This document shows, piece by piece, positions 10,118-19,886 of a stretch of DNA of 64,000 nucleotides; position 1 is the first letter of the stretch, and every line of letters starts with the position of its first letter. The DNA comes from Frateuria sp. (GTDB taxonomy: Bacteria > Pseudomonadota > Gammaproteobacteria > Xanthomonadales > Rhodanobacteraceae). The DNA lies in the NCBI RefSeq assembly GCF_035944355.1, contig NZ_DASZBH010000016.1:26304-90303 (forward strand), in the 5' to 3' direction. A program made the position numbers and the translations under genes. The notes beneath the pieces were generated by a model, which saw nothing but the letters and a program-made list of their open reading frames with translations, was not told the origin of the DNA and did no database searches.

Positions 10118-11527
10118 TCAGATCGCGTAGTACATCTGGAATTCCAGCGGGTGCGTGCTGGCGCGGTAGGCGGTCACTTCCTTCATCTTCAGTTCGATGT
10201 AGGCGTCGATGAAGTCGTCGGTGAACACGCCGCCAGCCTTGAGGAACTCGCGGTCCTTGTCCAGCGCGTTGAGCGCCTCGTCCAGGCTCGCGCACACCTG
10301 CGGGATGTTCTTTTCCTCTTCCGGCGGCAGGTCGTAGAGGTCCTTGTCGGCCGGCGCGCCCGGGTCGATCTTGTTGATGATGCCATCCAGGCCGGCCATC
10401 ATCAGCGCGGTGAACACCAGGTAGCCGGAGTTCATCGGGTCGGGGAAGCGCACCTCGATGCGGCGGCCCTTCGGGCTGGACACGTACGGGATGCGGCAGC
10501 TTGCCGAGCGGTTGCGCGCCGAGTAGGCCAGCATCACCGGCGCCTCGAAGCCCGGCACCAGGCGCTTGTAGCTGTTGGTGGTGGAGTTGGCGAAGGCGTT
10601 GATCGCCTTGGCGTGCTTGAAGATGCCGCCGATGTACCACAGCGCCAGCTGCGACAGGCCGCCATACAGCTCGCCCGCGAACAGGTTCTGGCCGTCCTTG
10701 GACAGCGACTGGTGCACGTGCATGCCCGAACCGTTGTCGCCCACGATCGGCTTGGGCATGAAGGTCACGGTCTTGCCGTTCTGGTGCGCCACGTTCTTGA
10801 TGACGTACTTCATCGTCATCAGCTCGTCGGCCTTCTTTACCAGCGTGTTGAACTTCACACCGATCTCGCACTGGCCCGCGTTGGCCACCTCATGGTGGTG
10901 CACCTCGACCACCTGGCCCAGCGATTCGAGCACCTTGCACATGTCTGCGCGCAGGTCGCCCAGCGAGTCGACCGGCGACACCGGGAAATAGCCGCCCTTC
11001 ACGCCCGGGCGATGGCCGGTGTTCTGGCCTTCATACTTGTAGCGGGAGCTCCACGAGGCCTCTTCCGAGCCGATCTCGTAGAACACGCGGCCCATGTCGT
11101 TCTGCCAGCGCACCGAGTCGAAGATGAAGAACTCCGGCTCCGGGCCGAAGAAGGCGGTGTCGGCGATGCCGGTGGACTTGAGGAACGCCTCGCCGCGCTT
11201 GGCGATCGAGCGCGGATCGCGGCCGTAGGCCTGCATGGTCGAGGGCTCCAGCACGTCGCAGTGCAGGATCAGCTGCTTGTGCTGCGAGAACGGGTCCAGG
11301 TGCGCGGTGTCCGGGTCGGGCAGCAGCACCATGTCGGACTCGTTGATGCCCTTCCAGCCCGGGATCGAGGAGCCGTCGAACATCTTGCCGTCCTCGAAGG
11401 TCGACTCGTCGATGGCGTGCGCGGGAAAGCTCACGTGGTGGTGCTTGCCGAGCATGTCGGCAAAGCGCAGGTCGACGAATTCGACGTCGTTCTCGGCAAT
11501 CAGGTCAAGCACTTTCTGCGCGGTCAT
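10118..11527 (-). CDS. glnA: glutamine synthetase type I
   Basis: ORF trimmed to the ATG at 11527 ([22 protein letters not shown]...). Motifs [38 protein letters not shown], and the adenylylation-site region [10 protein letters not shown]. Confidence 0.95.
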   Translation of the reverse strand: MTAQKVLDLIAENDVEFVDLRFADMLGKHHHVSFPAHAIDESTFEDGKMFDGSSIPGWKGINESDMVLLPDPDTAHLDPFSQHKQLILHCDVLEPSTMQAYGRDPRSIAKRGEAFLKSTGIADTAFFGPEPEFFIFDSVRWQNDMGRVFYEIGSEEASWSSRYKYEGQNTGHRPGVKGGYFPVSPVDSLGDLRADMCKVLESLGQVVEVHHHEVANAGQCEIGVKFNTLVKKADELMTMKYVIKNVAHQNGKTVTFMPKPIVGDNGSGMHVHQSLSKDGQNLFAGELYGGLSQLALWYIGGIFKHAKAINAFANSTTNSYKRLVPGFEAPVMLAYSARNRSASCRIPYVSSPKGRRIEVRFPDPMNSGYLVFTALMMAGLDGIINKIDPGAPADKDLYDLPPEEEKNIPQVCASLDEALNALDKDREFLKAGGVFTDDFIDAYIELKMKEVTAYRASTHPLEFQMYYAI

Positions 11528-11561
11528 GGCGGCCTCGGAGCGGGAAGGGATGCGCCACCAA

Positions 11562-11577
11562 TGCAATGCACGTGCCA
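11562..11577 (-). promoter_or_regulatory. sigma54 (-24/-12) promoter of glnA
   Basis: The minus strand reads TGGCAC-GTGCA-TTGCA, an exact match to TGGCAC-N5-TTGCA. It lies 35-50 nt upstream of the glnA ATG, and a GAGG Shine-Dalgarno lies between them. Confidence 0.75.
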
Positions 11578-11684
11578 GCGTCCCTCGGCCGGCAAGCTGT
11601 GCCCGGAACCCAAGGTGCAGCGTACCCGGCGACAAGGCGGCGGCGTCCCTCACGGACCGGCGGCGAGTCCCATACCCGCCATCC

Positions 11685-11703
11685 TGGTGCAATCAATGCA
11701 CCA
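11685..11703. promoter_or_regulatory. candidate NtrC enhancer (upstream activator site) for glnA
   Basis: Perfect palindrome TGGTGCA-ATCAA-TGCACCA about 110-140 bp upstream of the sigma54 promoter. The half-sites are those of NtrC boxes (TGCACC/GGTGCA). Confidence 0.5.
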
Positions 11704-11796
11704 TAAACGTGCGCCACGATCCTTGCACCGTCCGGCCGGCTTGCCCGTAAGCTATGTCTTTTCGTGTCGGCCGCCGGCACATCCTGGAGAGTGCGA

Positions 11797-12594
11797 GTGA
11801 ACGACTTGGTCCGCGTCATCCTGCTCGGCATCATCGAGGGCATCACCGAGTTCCTGCCGATCTCCAGCACCGGCCATTTGCTGATCGCCGAGAAGCTGGG
11901 ACTGGGTGCGCGCTCGGACCTGTTCAACGTCGGCATCCAGGCCGGCGCGATCCTGGCGGTGACGCTGATCTACTGGAAGCGGCTGTGGCAGTTGCTGACC
12001 CAGTGGCGTGACGCGGCCAACCGCGACTACCTCGCCAAGCTCACCGTGGCCTTCCTGATCACGGCGGTGCTGGGCCTCATCGCGGTGAAGTTCGGCTTCA
12101 AGCTCCCCGAGACGGTGACGCCGATCGCCTGGGCGCTGGTGATCGGCGGCCTGTGGATGCTCGGCGCCGAGGCGCTGGCCGCACGCCAGCCGGATCGGCG
12201 CGAGGTCACCTGGCGGGTGGCGATCCTGGTCGGCTTCGCGCAGATGGTCGCCGGCATCTTCCCTGGCACCTCGCGCTCGGCGGCGACCATCTTCGCCGGC
12301 ATGCTGGCCGGCACCAGCAACCGCGCGGCGGCCACCGAATTCGCGTTCCTGGTCGGCATACCGACCATGTACGCGGCCACCGGCTACGAATTGCTCAAGG
12401 TGTTCAAGGAAGGCGGCGCGGCGCACGAGGACTGGAACGCCCTCGCCATCGGCTTCATAGTCTCGGCGGTGGTCGCCTTTATCGCGGTGAAGTGGCTGCT
12501 CGGCTACATCCGCACGCACCGCTTCACGCCGTTCGCGATCTACCGCATCGCGCTGGGCGCCGCCTTGCTGATCTGGCTGCCGACCGGCGGTTGA
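11797..12594 (+). CDS. uppP: undecaprenyl-diphosphate phosphatase
   Basis: ORF 11764..12594. Motif EGITEFLPISSTGHLLI and a polytopic membrane profile. Start placed at the GTG at 11797 (VNDLVRVILLG...), 7 nt after GGAGAG. GTG at 11764 or 11791 is also possible. Confidence 0.88.
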   Translation: MNDLVRVILLGIIEGITEFLPISSTGHLLIAEKLGLGARSDLFNVGIQAGAILAVTLIYWKRLWQLLTQWRDAANRDYLAKLTVAFLITAVLGLIAVKFGFKLPETVTPIAWALVIGGLWMLGAEALAARQPDRREVTWRVAILVGFAQMVAGIFPGTSRSAATIFAGMLAGTSNRAAATEFAFLVGIPTMYAATGYELLKVFKEGGAAHEDWNALAIGFIVSAVVAFIAVKWLLGYIRTHRFTPFAIYRIALGAALLIWLPTGG

Positions 12595-12654
12595 GCCGGC
12601 TTTCATCGCGACGGCTCCAGCTGCGGAGGGCTTGGCGCGCCCGTGCGGGGTCGA

Positions 12655-13617
12655 TCAGGCCACGGCCACGGAAGCGCCCTGCCCGGCCTTGCCGGCGTCA
12701 CGCACGGGCATCCGCAACTGCGGCTCGTTGGTCCGTTCGAACAGCTCGCGCACCCATTCGATGAAGGCCTGCACGCGCGCGGACAGGTGCTTCTTCTGCG
12801 GGTAGACGATCCACACGGGCTTGCCGGTGGAGCGGATCTCCGGCATCACCAGCTCGAGCTTGCCCAGGTCCAGCATGCAGGCGACCAGCATGTGCGGGGC
12901 CTGGGTGACTCCCAAGCCCGCGGCGGCGGCCTGGATCACCGATTCGGCATCGTTGATCAGCAGGTGCGCGTCGATGTCCACCGCGACCGCGCCGCCCGGG
13001 CCGTCGAACATCCACTGCCGCGGGCGGCCGTTGGGATAGACGTAGTTGATGCAGCGGTGCCGCTTGAGATCCTCGATGGTCTGCGGCGAGCCGTAGCGGG
13101 CGAGGTAGTCGGGCGAGGCGCAGACCACGTTGCGCAGGTAGCCGATCTTGCGCGCGATCAGGCTGGAGTCCTCCAGCTCGCCCACGCGGACGGCGCAATC
13201 GATGCCTTCGCCGTTCATGTCGGTCGGCAGGTCGCTCATCGACAGTTCCAGGCGGATGTCCGGGTAGCGCTGCTCGAATTCGGTCAACCGCGGGATCAGC
13301 GCGGCCCGGCCGACCGCCAGCGACAAGCCCACGCGCAGCTTGCCGATCGGCTTGCGGTTGGCGTAGCCCAGCGCCTCGGTGGCCTCGGCCAGGTCAGCCA
13401 GGATGTCCTTGCAGCGGGCATGGAACACGGCGCCGTCGTCGGTCAGCCGCAACGCGCGGGTGGAACGGAACAGCAGGCGCGCGCCCAGGCGCTCCTCCAG
13501 CCGCGATACCGCGCGGCTGACCCCCGAAGGCGTCATGCCCAGCTGCGCGGCGGCGGCGGCGAAGCTCTTGGCTTCGACCACGCGTACGAAAGCGGAGATT
13601 GCTGCAAAGTCTTCCAT
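12655..13617 (-). CDS. LysR family transcriptional regulator
   Basis: N-terminal wHTH FAAISAFVRVVEAKSFAAAAAQLGMTPSGVSRAVSRLEERLGARLLFRSTR plus a LysR substrate-binding-type C-terminus. Divergent from the RND efflux operon. Confidence 0.9.
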   Translation of the reverse strand: MEDFAAISAFVRVVEAKSFAAAAAQLGMTPSGVSRAVSRLEERLGARLLFRSTRALRLTDDGAVFHARCKDILADLAEATEALGYANRKPIGKLRVGLSLAVGRAALIPRLTEFEQRYPDIRLELSMSDLPTDMNGEGIDCAVRVGELEDSSLIARKIGYLRNVVCASPDYLARYGSPQTIEDLKRHRCINYVYPNGRPRQWMFDGPGGAVAVDIDAHLLINDAESVIQAAAAGLGVTQAPHMLVACMLDLGKLELVMPEIRSTGKPVWIVYPQKKHLSARVQAFIEWVRELFERTNEPQLRMPVRDAGKAGQGASVAVA

Positions 13618-13639
13618 TGAGCCGACTCCAGGGTTATTC

Positions 13640-13654
13640 GTGACTGAGTGTCAC
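13640..13654. promoter_or_regulatory. candidate LysR-type T-N11-A box
   Basis: GTGAC-TGAGT-GTCAC dyad containing T-N11-A. It lies 23 nt upstream of the LysR start, in the relatively AT-rich 148-bp divergent region shared with the efflux operon. Confidence 0.35.
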
Positions 13655-13765
13655 TATTGCATTGCACAAGATCGCGGTTTTCTGTACCGACAAGTGTACC
13701 TATTCTCCCGGGCCTCCGCCGGTCCTATACCGATCGGTGCATTAATTTAGACCCGGGAGCGCAGC

Positions 13766-14962
13766 ATGAAAAAACGATGGATCCTCTTGAGCCTGGCCGT
13801 GGCGGTGGCGGCCGGCAGCTGGGCGGTGCTCGGCAGCCACGGCGAAAGCCACGCACAGGAAGCCGGCACGCCGCCGCCGCCCGCGGTCACCGTGGCGCAG
13901 ACGCTGGTACGTCCGGTCAGCGATACCGATGCCTTCACCGGCCGCCTGCAGGCGGTGGACACGGTCCAGGTGCATCCGCGCGTGAGCGGCTACGTCACCG
14001 CCGTGCATTTCAAGGAAGGCGCGCGGGTGCGCCAGGGCGACCTGCTGTTCACCATCGACCCGCGCCCCTACCAGGCCGAAGTCGACCGCCTGGGCGCCAC
14101 GCTCAGCCAGATGCACGCCGAGCAGAAGCTGGCCGAATCCAACGCCGAGCGCGCGCAGAAGCTGCTGGCCCAGCACGCGATCTCCACGCAGGAGGCCGAC
14201 CGCCTGGTCACCGCCGCGGCCAGCGCCAAGGCGCAGGCGGCCGCCACCGGTGCGGCGCTGGAGGCGGCGCGGCTGGACCGCGGCTTCACCGAGGTGCGCG
14301 CGCCGATCGACGGCCGCGTCAGCAACGCGCGGATCACCGCCGGCAACCTGGTCACGCCGGCGGACGTGCTCACCAGCGTGGTCAGCGTCGACCCGGTGTA
14401 TGCCTACTTCGACGTCGACGAGCACAGCTACCTGAAGCTCGACCGCCTGCGCCGCGAGCACGGCCAGGCGCCGCAGGTGGCGATGGGCCTGGTCGATGAA
14501 GACGGCTACCCGCACCCGGGCCACATCGACTTCATCGACAACCAGCTCGATGCCGGCAGCGGCACGATCCGCCTGCGCGCCGTGTTCGACAACGCCGACG
14601 GCCGCTACACGCCCGGCCTGTACGTGCGCCTGGAACTGCGCACGCCCAGCCAGCGGCCGCGCGCGCTGATCGACGAGCGCGCCGTCGGCACCGACCTGGG
14701 CAACAACTTCGTCTACGTGCTCGATCCGGACCACAAGGTCGAGTACCGCAAGGTGACCTTGGGTCCGCTGGTCGACGGCCTGCGCGTGGTCACCGACGGC
14801 CTCTCCGCCAAGGACGTGGTGGTGGTCAACGGACTGCAGCACGTGCGGCCGGGCATGCAGGTCAAGCCGACGCTGGTGGCGATGGAGAGCCGCAGCCTGG
14901 ATGCCGGCAGCCGCCTCGCGCAGGCGGCCGGCGGCAACGGCAAGGTCGCCGCGCGCAACTGA
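13766..14962 (+). CDS. RND efflux periplasmic adaptor (membrane fusion protein, MexA/AcrA-like)
   Basis: Signal/anchor MKKRWILLSLAVAVAAGSWAVL. Hairpin coiled-coil and beta-barrel segments typical of the HlyD_D23 family (RVSGYVTAVHFKEGARVRQGDLLFTIDPRPYQ...). First gene of a three-gene efflux operon. Confidence 0.9.
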   Translation: MKKRWILLSLAVAVAAGSWAVLGSHGESHAQEAGTPPPPAVTVAQTLVRPVSDTDAFTGRLQAVDTVQVHPRVSGYVTAVHFKEGARVRQGDLLFTIDPRPYQAEVDRLGATLSQMHAEQKLAESNAERAQKLLAQHAISTQEADRLVTAAASAKAQAAATGAALEAARLDRGFTEVRAPIDGRVSNARITAGNLVTPADVLTSVVSVDPVYAYFDVDEHSYLKLDRLRREHGQAPQVAMGLVDEDGYPHPGHIDFIDNQLDAGSGTIRLRAVFDNADGRYTPGLYVRLELRTPSQRPRALIDERAVGTDLGNNFVYVLDPDHKVEYRKVTLGPLVDGLRVVTDGLSAKDVVVVNGLQHVRPGMQVKPTLVAMESRSLDAGSRLAQAAGGNGKVAARN

Positions 14963-15114
14963 CGAAGGCGCGCGGCCGCTGACGGCCGCCACAGGGGAAT
15001 CAACAGCTCCCTCTTCCGCCCCGGCGGGAGAGGGCCGGGAGCCGGCGTCCCGCGCAAGGGCGCCCTTCCAGCCTTCCCTCCGCGGAAGGCACCGATGCAC
15101 CAGGGAAACCAACG

Positions 15115-18100
15115 ATGAAACTCGCCCAATATTTCGTGGAACGGCCGATCCTCGCCGGCGTGCTGTCGGTGCTGATCGTGATCGCCGGCGCGATCTCGCT
15201 GTTCAAGCTGCCGATCGGCGAATACCCCGAGGTGGTGCCGCCCACGGTGGTGGTGCGCGCCAGCTATCCCGGCGCCAACCCCAAGGTGATCGCCGCCACC
15301 GTCGCCACGCCGCTGGAGGAACAGATCAACGGCGTCGAGGGCATGCTCTACACCTCCTCGCAGGCCACCAGCGACGGCGCCATGACGCTGACGGTGACCT
15401 TCGCGCTGGGCACCAACCTGGACAACGCCCAGGTGCAGGTGCAGAACCGGGTGGCGCAGGCCTTGCCGCGCCTGCCGGAGGAAGTGCAGCGGCTGGGCGT
15501 GACCACGCAGAAGAGTTCGCCCGACCTGACCATGGTCGTGCACCTGATCTCGCCCGATCAGCGCTACGACATGCTGTACCTGTCCAACTACGCGCGGCTG
15601 CACATCAAGGACCAGCTCGCGCGGCTGGACGGTGTGGGCGACGTGCAGCTGTTCGGCGCCGGCGAGTACTCGATGCGCGTGTGGCTCGACCCGGAGAAGC
15701 TGGCCATGCGCGGCCTGACCACGGGCGACGTGGTCAACGCGATCCGCGAGCAGAACGTGGACGTGGCCGCCGGCTCGCTGAACGCGCCGCCGGCGCCCAA
15801 TGGCGCGGCCTTCCAGCTCAACATCAACACGCGTGGCCGCCTGGTGACCGAGGACGACTTCGCCAGCATCGTTCTGCGCACGACCAAGGACGGCGCGGTC
15901 ACGCACCTGCGCGACGTGGCGCGGGTGGAGCTGGGCTCGAACAACTACGCGCTGCGCAGCCTGCTCGACAACAAGCCGGCGGTGGCGCTGCCGATCTTCG
16001 CCCGTCCCGGCTCCAACGCGATCCAGATCTCCGACGAGGTGCGCGCCACCATGGCGCGGCTGAAGTCCGAGTTCCCGCAGGGCGTCGACTACAAGATCGT
16101 CTACGACCCGACCGTGTTCGTGCGCGGCTCGATCGAGGCGGTGGTGCACACGCTGTTCGAGGCGATCCTGCTGGTCGTACTGGTGGTGATCCTGTTCCTG
16201 CAGACTTGGCGCGCCTCGATCATCCCGTTGGTGGCGGTGCCGGTCTCGCTGGTGGGCACCTTCGCGGTGATGTACCTGGCCGGCTTCTCGCTCAACGCCT
16301 TGAGCCTGTTCGGCCTGGTGCTCGCCATCGGCATCGTGGTGGACGACGCCATCGTGGTGGTGGAGAACGTCGAGCGGCACATCGAGCATGGGCTCAAACC
16401 CAAGGAAGCCACCCGCCGCGCGATGACCGAGGTGACCGGGCCGATCGTGGCCACCGCGCTGGTGCTGTGCGCGGTGTTCATCCCGGCGGCCTTCATCAGC
16501 GGCCTGACCGGCGAGTTCTACCGCCAGTTCGCGCTGACCATCGCGATCTCCACGGTGATTTCCGCGTTCAACTCGCTGACTTTGAGCCCGGCGCTGTCCG
16601 CCCTGCTGCTCAAGGAGCACGGCGCGCCGAAGGACCGCTTCAGCATCCTGCTCGAGCGCGCGTTCGGCTGGCTGTTCCGCCCGTTCAACCGGATGTTCGT
16701 GCGCGGCGCGGACCGCTACGTCGGCGGCGTGCGCCGCGTGCTGGGCAAGGGTGCGCCGGCGCTGGTGATCTACGGTGCGCTGGTGCTGCTGGGCGTGTTC
16801 GGCTTCGTCCACGTGCCGACCGGCTTCGTGCCTTCGCAGGACAAGCAGTACCTGGTGTCCTTCGCGCAGCTGCCCGATGCCGCCTCGCTCGACCGCAGCG
16901 AGGACGTGATCCGCCGCATGAGCGAGATCGCCCTCAAGCAACCTGGCGTGGAGAGCGCGGTGGCGTTCCCGGGCCTGTCGATCAACGGCTTCACCAACTC
17001 GCCGAACTCCGGCATCGTCTTTGTCACTTTGAAGCCGTTCGAGGAACGGCGCAGCGCCGAACTCTCCGCCGGCGCCATCGCCGGCGCGCTCAACCAGAAG
17101 TACGCGGCGATCCAGGACGCCTACATCGCCGTGTTCCCGCCGCCGCCGGTGATGGGCCTGGGCACGATCGGCGGTTTCCGCATCCAGGTCGAGGACCGAA
17201 GCGACCAGGGCTTCGAGGAGCTCTACAAGCAGACGCAGAATCTGATCGGCAAAAGCCAGCAGGTACCGGCGCTGGCCGGACTGTTCTCCAGCTACCAGGT
17301 GAGCGTGCCGCAGATCGACGCCGAGGTGGACCGCGAGAAGGCCAAGGCCGAGGGCGTGAACCTGGTCGACGTCTACCAGACCATGCAGGCCTACATGGGC
17401 TCGCTCTACGTCAACGACTTCAACCGCTTCGGGCGCACCTACCAGGTCAACGTATCGGCCGAGCCGGGCTTCCGCCGCGAGCCGAAGGACATCCTGCAGC
17501 TGAAGACGCGCAACGCGGCGGGCGTGGCGATCCCGCTGGGTTCATTCGTCACCGTACGTCAGGGCGTCGGACCCGACCGCGTGCAGCACTACAACGGCTA
17601 CCCGACCGCCGAGATCAACGGCGGTCCGGCGCCGGGCTACAGCTCCGGCCAGGCGCAGGCGGCGATGGAGAAGCTGGCCCGCGACAACCTGCCCAACGGC
17701 ATGAGCTACGAATGGACCGAGCTCACCTACCAGCAGATCCTGGCCGGCAACACCGCGGTGCTGGTCTTCCCGCTGTGCGTGCTCCTGGTGTTCCTGGTGC
17801 TGGCCTCGCTGTACGAGAGCCTGACCTTGCCGCTGGCGGTGATCCTGATCGTGCCGATGGTGCTGCTCTCGGCGATCGCCGGCGTGTGGCTGTCCGGCGG
17901 CGACAACAACATCTTCACCCAGATCGGTTTGATCGTGCTGGTAGGCCTGGCCTGCAAGAACGCCATCCTGATCGTGGAGTTCGCCCGAGAGGCGCAGATC
18001 CACGAAGGCCTGGACCGCCGGCAGGCGGTGCTGGAAGCCGCACGCCTGCGGTTGCGCCCGATCCTGATGACGTCGTTCGCTTTCATCATGGGCGTGGTGC

Positions 18101-18303
18101 CGCTGGTGACCTCGCACGGCGCCGGCGCGGAGATGCGCCACGCGATGGGCGTGGCGGTGTTCTCCGGCATGTTGGGCGTGACCTTCTTCGGGCTGCTGTT
18201 CACCCCGCTGTTCTACGTGATCGTGCGTGGCTGGAGCGAGCGCGCGGCGGCAAGGCGTGCCGCGCACCATCCCGCCCTGCCGACGGCGATCGAGGAGCAT
18301 TGA
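15115..18303 (+). CDS. RND multidrug efflux permease (AcrB/MexB family)
   Basis: 1062 aa. N-terminus MKLAQYFVERPILAGVLSVLIVIAGAISLFKLPIGEYPEV. 12-TM architecture with two large periplasmic loops. Conserved VVDDAIVVVENVERH segment. Confidence 0.95.
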   Translation: MKLAQYFVERPILAGVLSVLIVIAGAISLFKLPIGEYPEVVPPTVVVRASYPGANPKVIAATVATPLEEQINGVEGMLYTSSQATSDGAMTLTVTFALGTNLDNAQVQVQNRVAQALPRLPEEVQRLGVTTQKSSPDLTMVVHLISPDQRYDMLYLSNYARLHIKDQLARLDGVGDVQLFGAGEYSMRVWLDPEKLAMRGLTTGDVVNAIREQNVDVAAGSLNAPPAPNGAAFQLNINTRGRLVTEDDFASIVLRTTKDGAVTHLRDVARVELGSNNYALRSLLDNKPAVALPIFARPGSNAIQISDEVRATMARLKSEFPQGVDYKIVYDPTVFVRGSIEAVVHTLFEAILLVVLVVILFLQTWRASIIPLVAVPVSLVGTFAVMYLAGFSLNALSLFGLVLAIGIVVDDAIVVVENVERHIEHGLKPKEATRRAMTEVTGPIVATALVLCAVFIPAAFISGLTGEFYRQFALTIAISTVISAFNSLTLSPALSALLLKEHGAPKDRFSILLERAFGWLFRPFNRMFVRGADRYVGGVRRVLGKGAPALVIYGALVLLGVFGFVHVPTGFVPSQDKQYLVSFAQLPDAASLDRSEDVIRRMSEIALKQPGVESAVAFPGLSINGFTNSPNSGIVFVTLKPFEERRSAELSAGAIAGALNQKYAAIQDAYIAVFPPPPVMGLGTIGGFRIQVEDRSDQGFEELYKQTQNLIGKSQQVPALAGLFSSYQVSVPQIDAEVDREKAKAEGVNLVDVYQTMQAYMGSLYVNDFNRFGRTYQVNVSAEPGFRREPKDILQLKTRNAAGVAIPLGSFVTVRQGVGPDRVQHYNGYPTAEINGGPAPGYSSGQAQAAMEKLARDNLPNGMSYEWTELTYQQILAGNTAVLVFPLCVLLVFLVLASLYESLTLPLAVILIVPMVLLSAIAGVWLSGGDNNIFTQIGLIVLVGLACKNAILIVEFAREAQIHEGLDRRQAVLEAARLRLRPILMTSFAFIMGVVPLVTSHGAGAEMRHAMGVAVFSGMLGVTFFGLLFTPLFYVIVRGWSERAAARRAAHHPALPTAIEEH

Positions 18304-18304
18304 G

Positions 18305-19738
18305 ATGACTTCGCTGTTACGTACCGGCGCGCTTGCGAGCGCGCTCGCGCTGGCCGGCTGCATCAACGTCGGCCCGGACTACCACCGCCCGGTGGAGAAG
18401 CCGGTCGCGCTGCAAGGCGTCGACGCCTCACGCCAGTCCAGCGCCGACTTCCAGGCCGACTGGTGGAAGCAGTTCGGCGACCCGACGCTCGACGCCCTGA
18501 TCTCGCGCGCGGCAAGGAACGCGCCGGACCTGAAGATCGCGCTGGCCCGCCTCGGCGAAGCGCGCGCCCTGCTCGGCGCCGCGCGCTCCGAACAGTGGCC
18601 CGACATCGAGACCGGCGCGAGCTACACGCGCAGCCGCGGCCAGACGCCGGGCCTGGGCGAGCGGCGCACCACCACGACCGCCTACCAGGCCGGTTTCGAC
18701 GCCAGCTGGGAACTGGACCTGTTCGGCGGCGTGCGCCGCGGCGTCGAGGCCGCGCGCGCGGACAGCGACGCGGCGACGGCCTCGCTCCAGGACGCGCAGG
18801 TGACGCTGTTCGCCGAGGTCGCGCGCAACTACTTCGACCTGCGCGGCACGCAGCTGCGGATCGAGGTGGCCGAGCGCGACGTCGGCAACCAGCGCGAGGC
18901 GCTGGAGCTGATCCAGAGCCGCGCCGCGCTCGGTACCGGGTCGGAGCAGGACGTGGCCAGCGCCCGCGCCCGGCTGGCCGGTGTCGAGGCCACGCTGCCG
19001 GTACTGCGCACGCAGGCGCAGGCCGACGGCTTCCGCCTGGCGGTGCTGCTGGGCGAGCGACCCGGCGCGCTGGACGTCGACCTGTCGAGCGCGCATTTCA
19101 CGCCGATCGATACCGTGCTCGCCATCGGCGACGCCGATGACGTGCTCAGGCGCCGCCCGGACATCCGCGTCGCCGAACGCGAGCTCGCCGCCGCCACCGC
19201 GCGCATCGGCGTGGCCAAGGCCGACTGGTTCCCGCACGTCACGCTGGGCGGCTTCCTCGGCTTCCTGGCCGGGCGCAGCAACGACTTCGGCGGCCCGGCG
19301 ACGCGCGCCTGGTCGGTCGCGCCCAGCATCCGCTGGTCGGGCCTGAACGTGCAGCGCGTGCGCTCGGGCGTGAAGGCCAGCGAAGCGCGCGCCGACGCCG
19401 CGCTCGCCATCTACCAGCGCACCGTGCTGCGCGCGCTGGAGGACGTGGACAACGCGCTGGTGGGCTACAACCAGCAACGCGAGCGCGTGCAGCACCTGCT
19501 CGACCAGGCCCAGCAAAGCGAGCGGGCGGCGCAACTGGCGAAGATCCGCTACGAGGCCGGCGCGATCGACTATCTGGAACTGCTCGACGCCCAGCGCACG
19601 CAGCTTTCGGCCGAAGACCAGCTGGCTGAAGCGGAGACCGGCATCAACCTGCGCGCCATCGCTCTGTACAAGGCGCTCGGCGGCGGCTGGCAGGCCTGCG
19701 CCGACGCGCGCTGCGGCGCACTGGCCGCGGCGCGCTGA
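18305..19738 (+). CDS. efflux outer-membrane lipoprotein (NodT/OprM family)
   Basis: ATG at 18305, 1 nt after the RND stop. Lipobox LALAGC. Tandem OEP repeats (...WWKQFGDPTLDALI..., ...LYKALGGGW). Confidence 0.9.
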   Translation: MTSLLRTGALASALALAGCINVGPDYHRPVEKPVALQGVDASRQSSADFQADWWKQFGDPTLDALISRAARNAPDLKIALARLGEARALLGAARSEQWPDIETGASYTRSRGQTPGLGERRTTTTAYQAGFDASWELDLFGGVRRGVEAARADSDAATASLQDAQVTLFAEVARNYFDLRGTQLRIEVAERDVGNQREALELIQSRAALGTGSEQDVASARARLAGVEATLPVLRTQAQADGFRLAVLLGERPGALDVDLSSAHFTPIDTVLAIGDADDVLRRRPDIRVAERELAAATARIGVAKADWFPHVTLGGFLGFLAGRSNDFGGPATRAWSVAPSIRWSGLNVQRVRSGVKASEARADAALAIYQRTVLRALEDVDNALVGYNQQRERVQHLLDQAQQSERAAQLAKIRYEAGAIDYLELLDAQRTQLSAEDQLAEAETGINLRAIALYKALGGGWQACADARCGALAAAR

Positions 19739-19886
19739 CGGCCCGGCGGGCGGCGCGAGCCGCCGGCCATCGGCTCGTGCCGCTGGTCACGCCGGCGCGA
19801 CCGCCTGCCCCATCCCGCGCGACGGCGATGCGCGGCGGACCTAGCCTGCGGCCCTGCCGCACGAGCGGACGCCATCGGGACAAGCC

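Noticed and set aside
14713-16941. 742-aa ORF antisense to the RND permease, with similar long antisense ORFs at 60870..63515 (gyrB), 52856..54025 (acs), 36xxx-37xxx (DUF885) and 47782..49521
   Set aside because: The opposite strand encodes unmistakable conserved proteins. The antisense translations are His/Arg/Gln/Gly-rich with no recognisable domains. Stop-codon depletion in GC-rich DNA explains their length.
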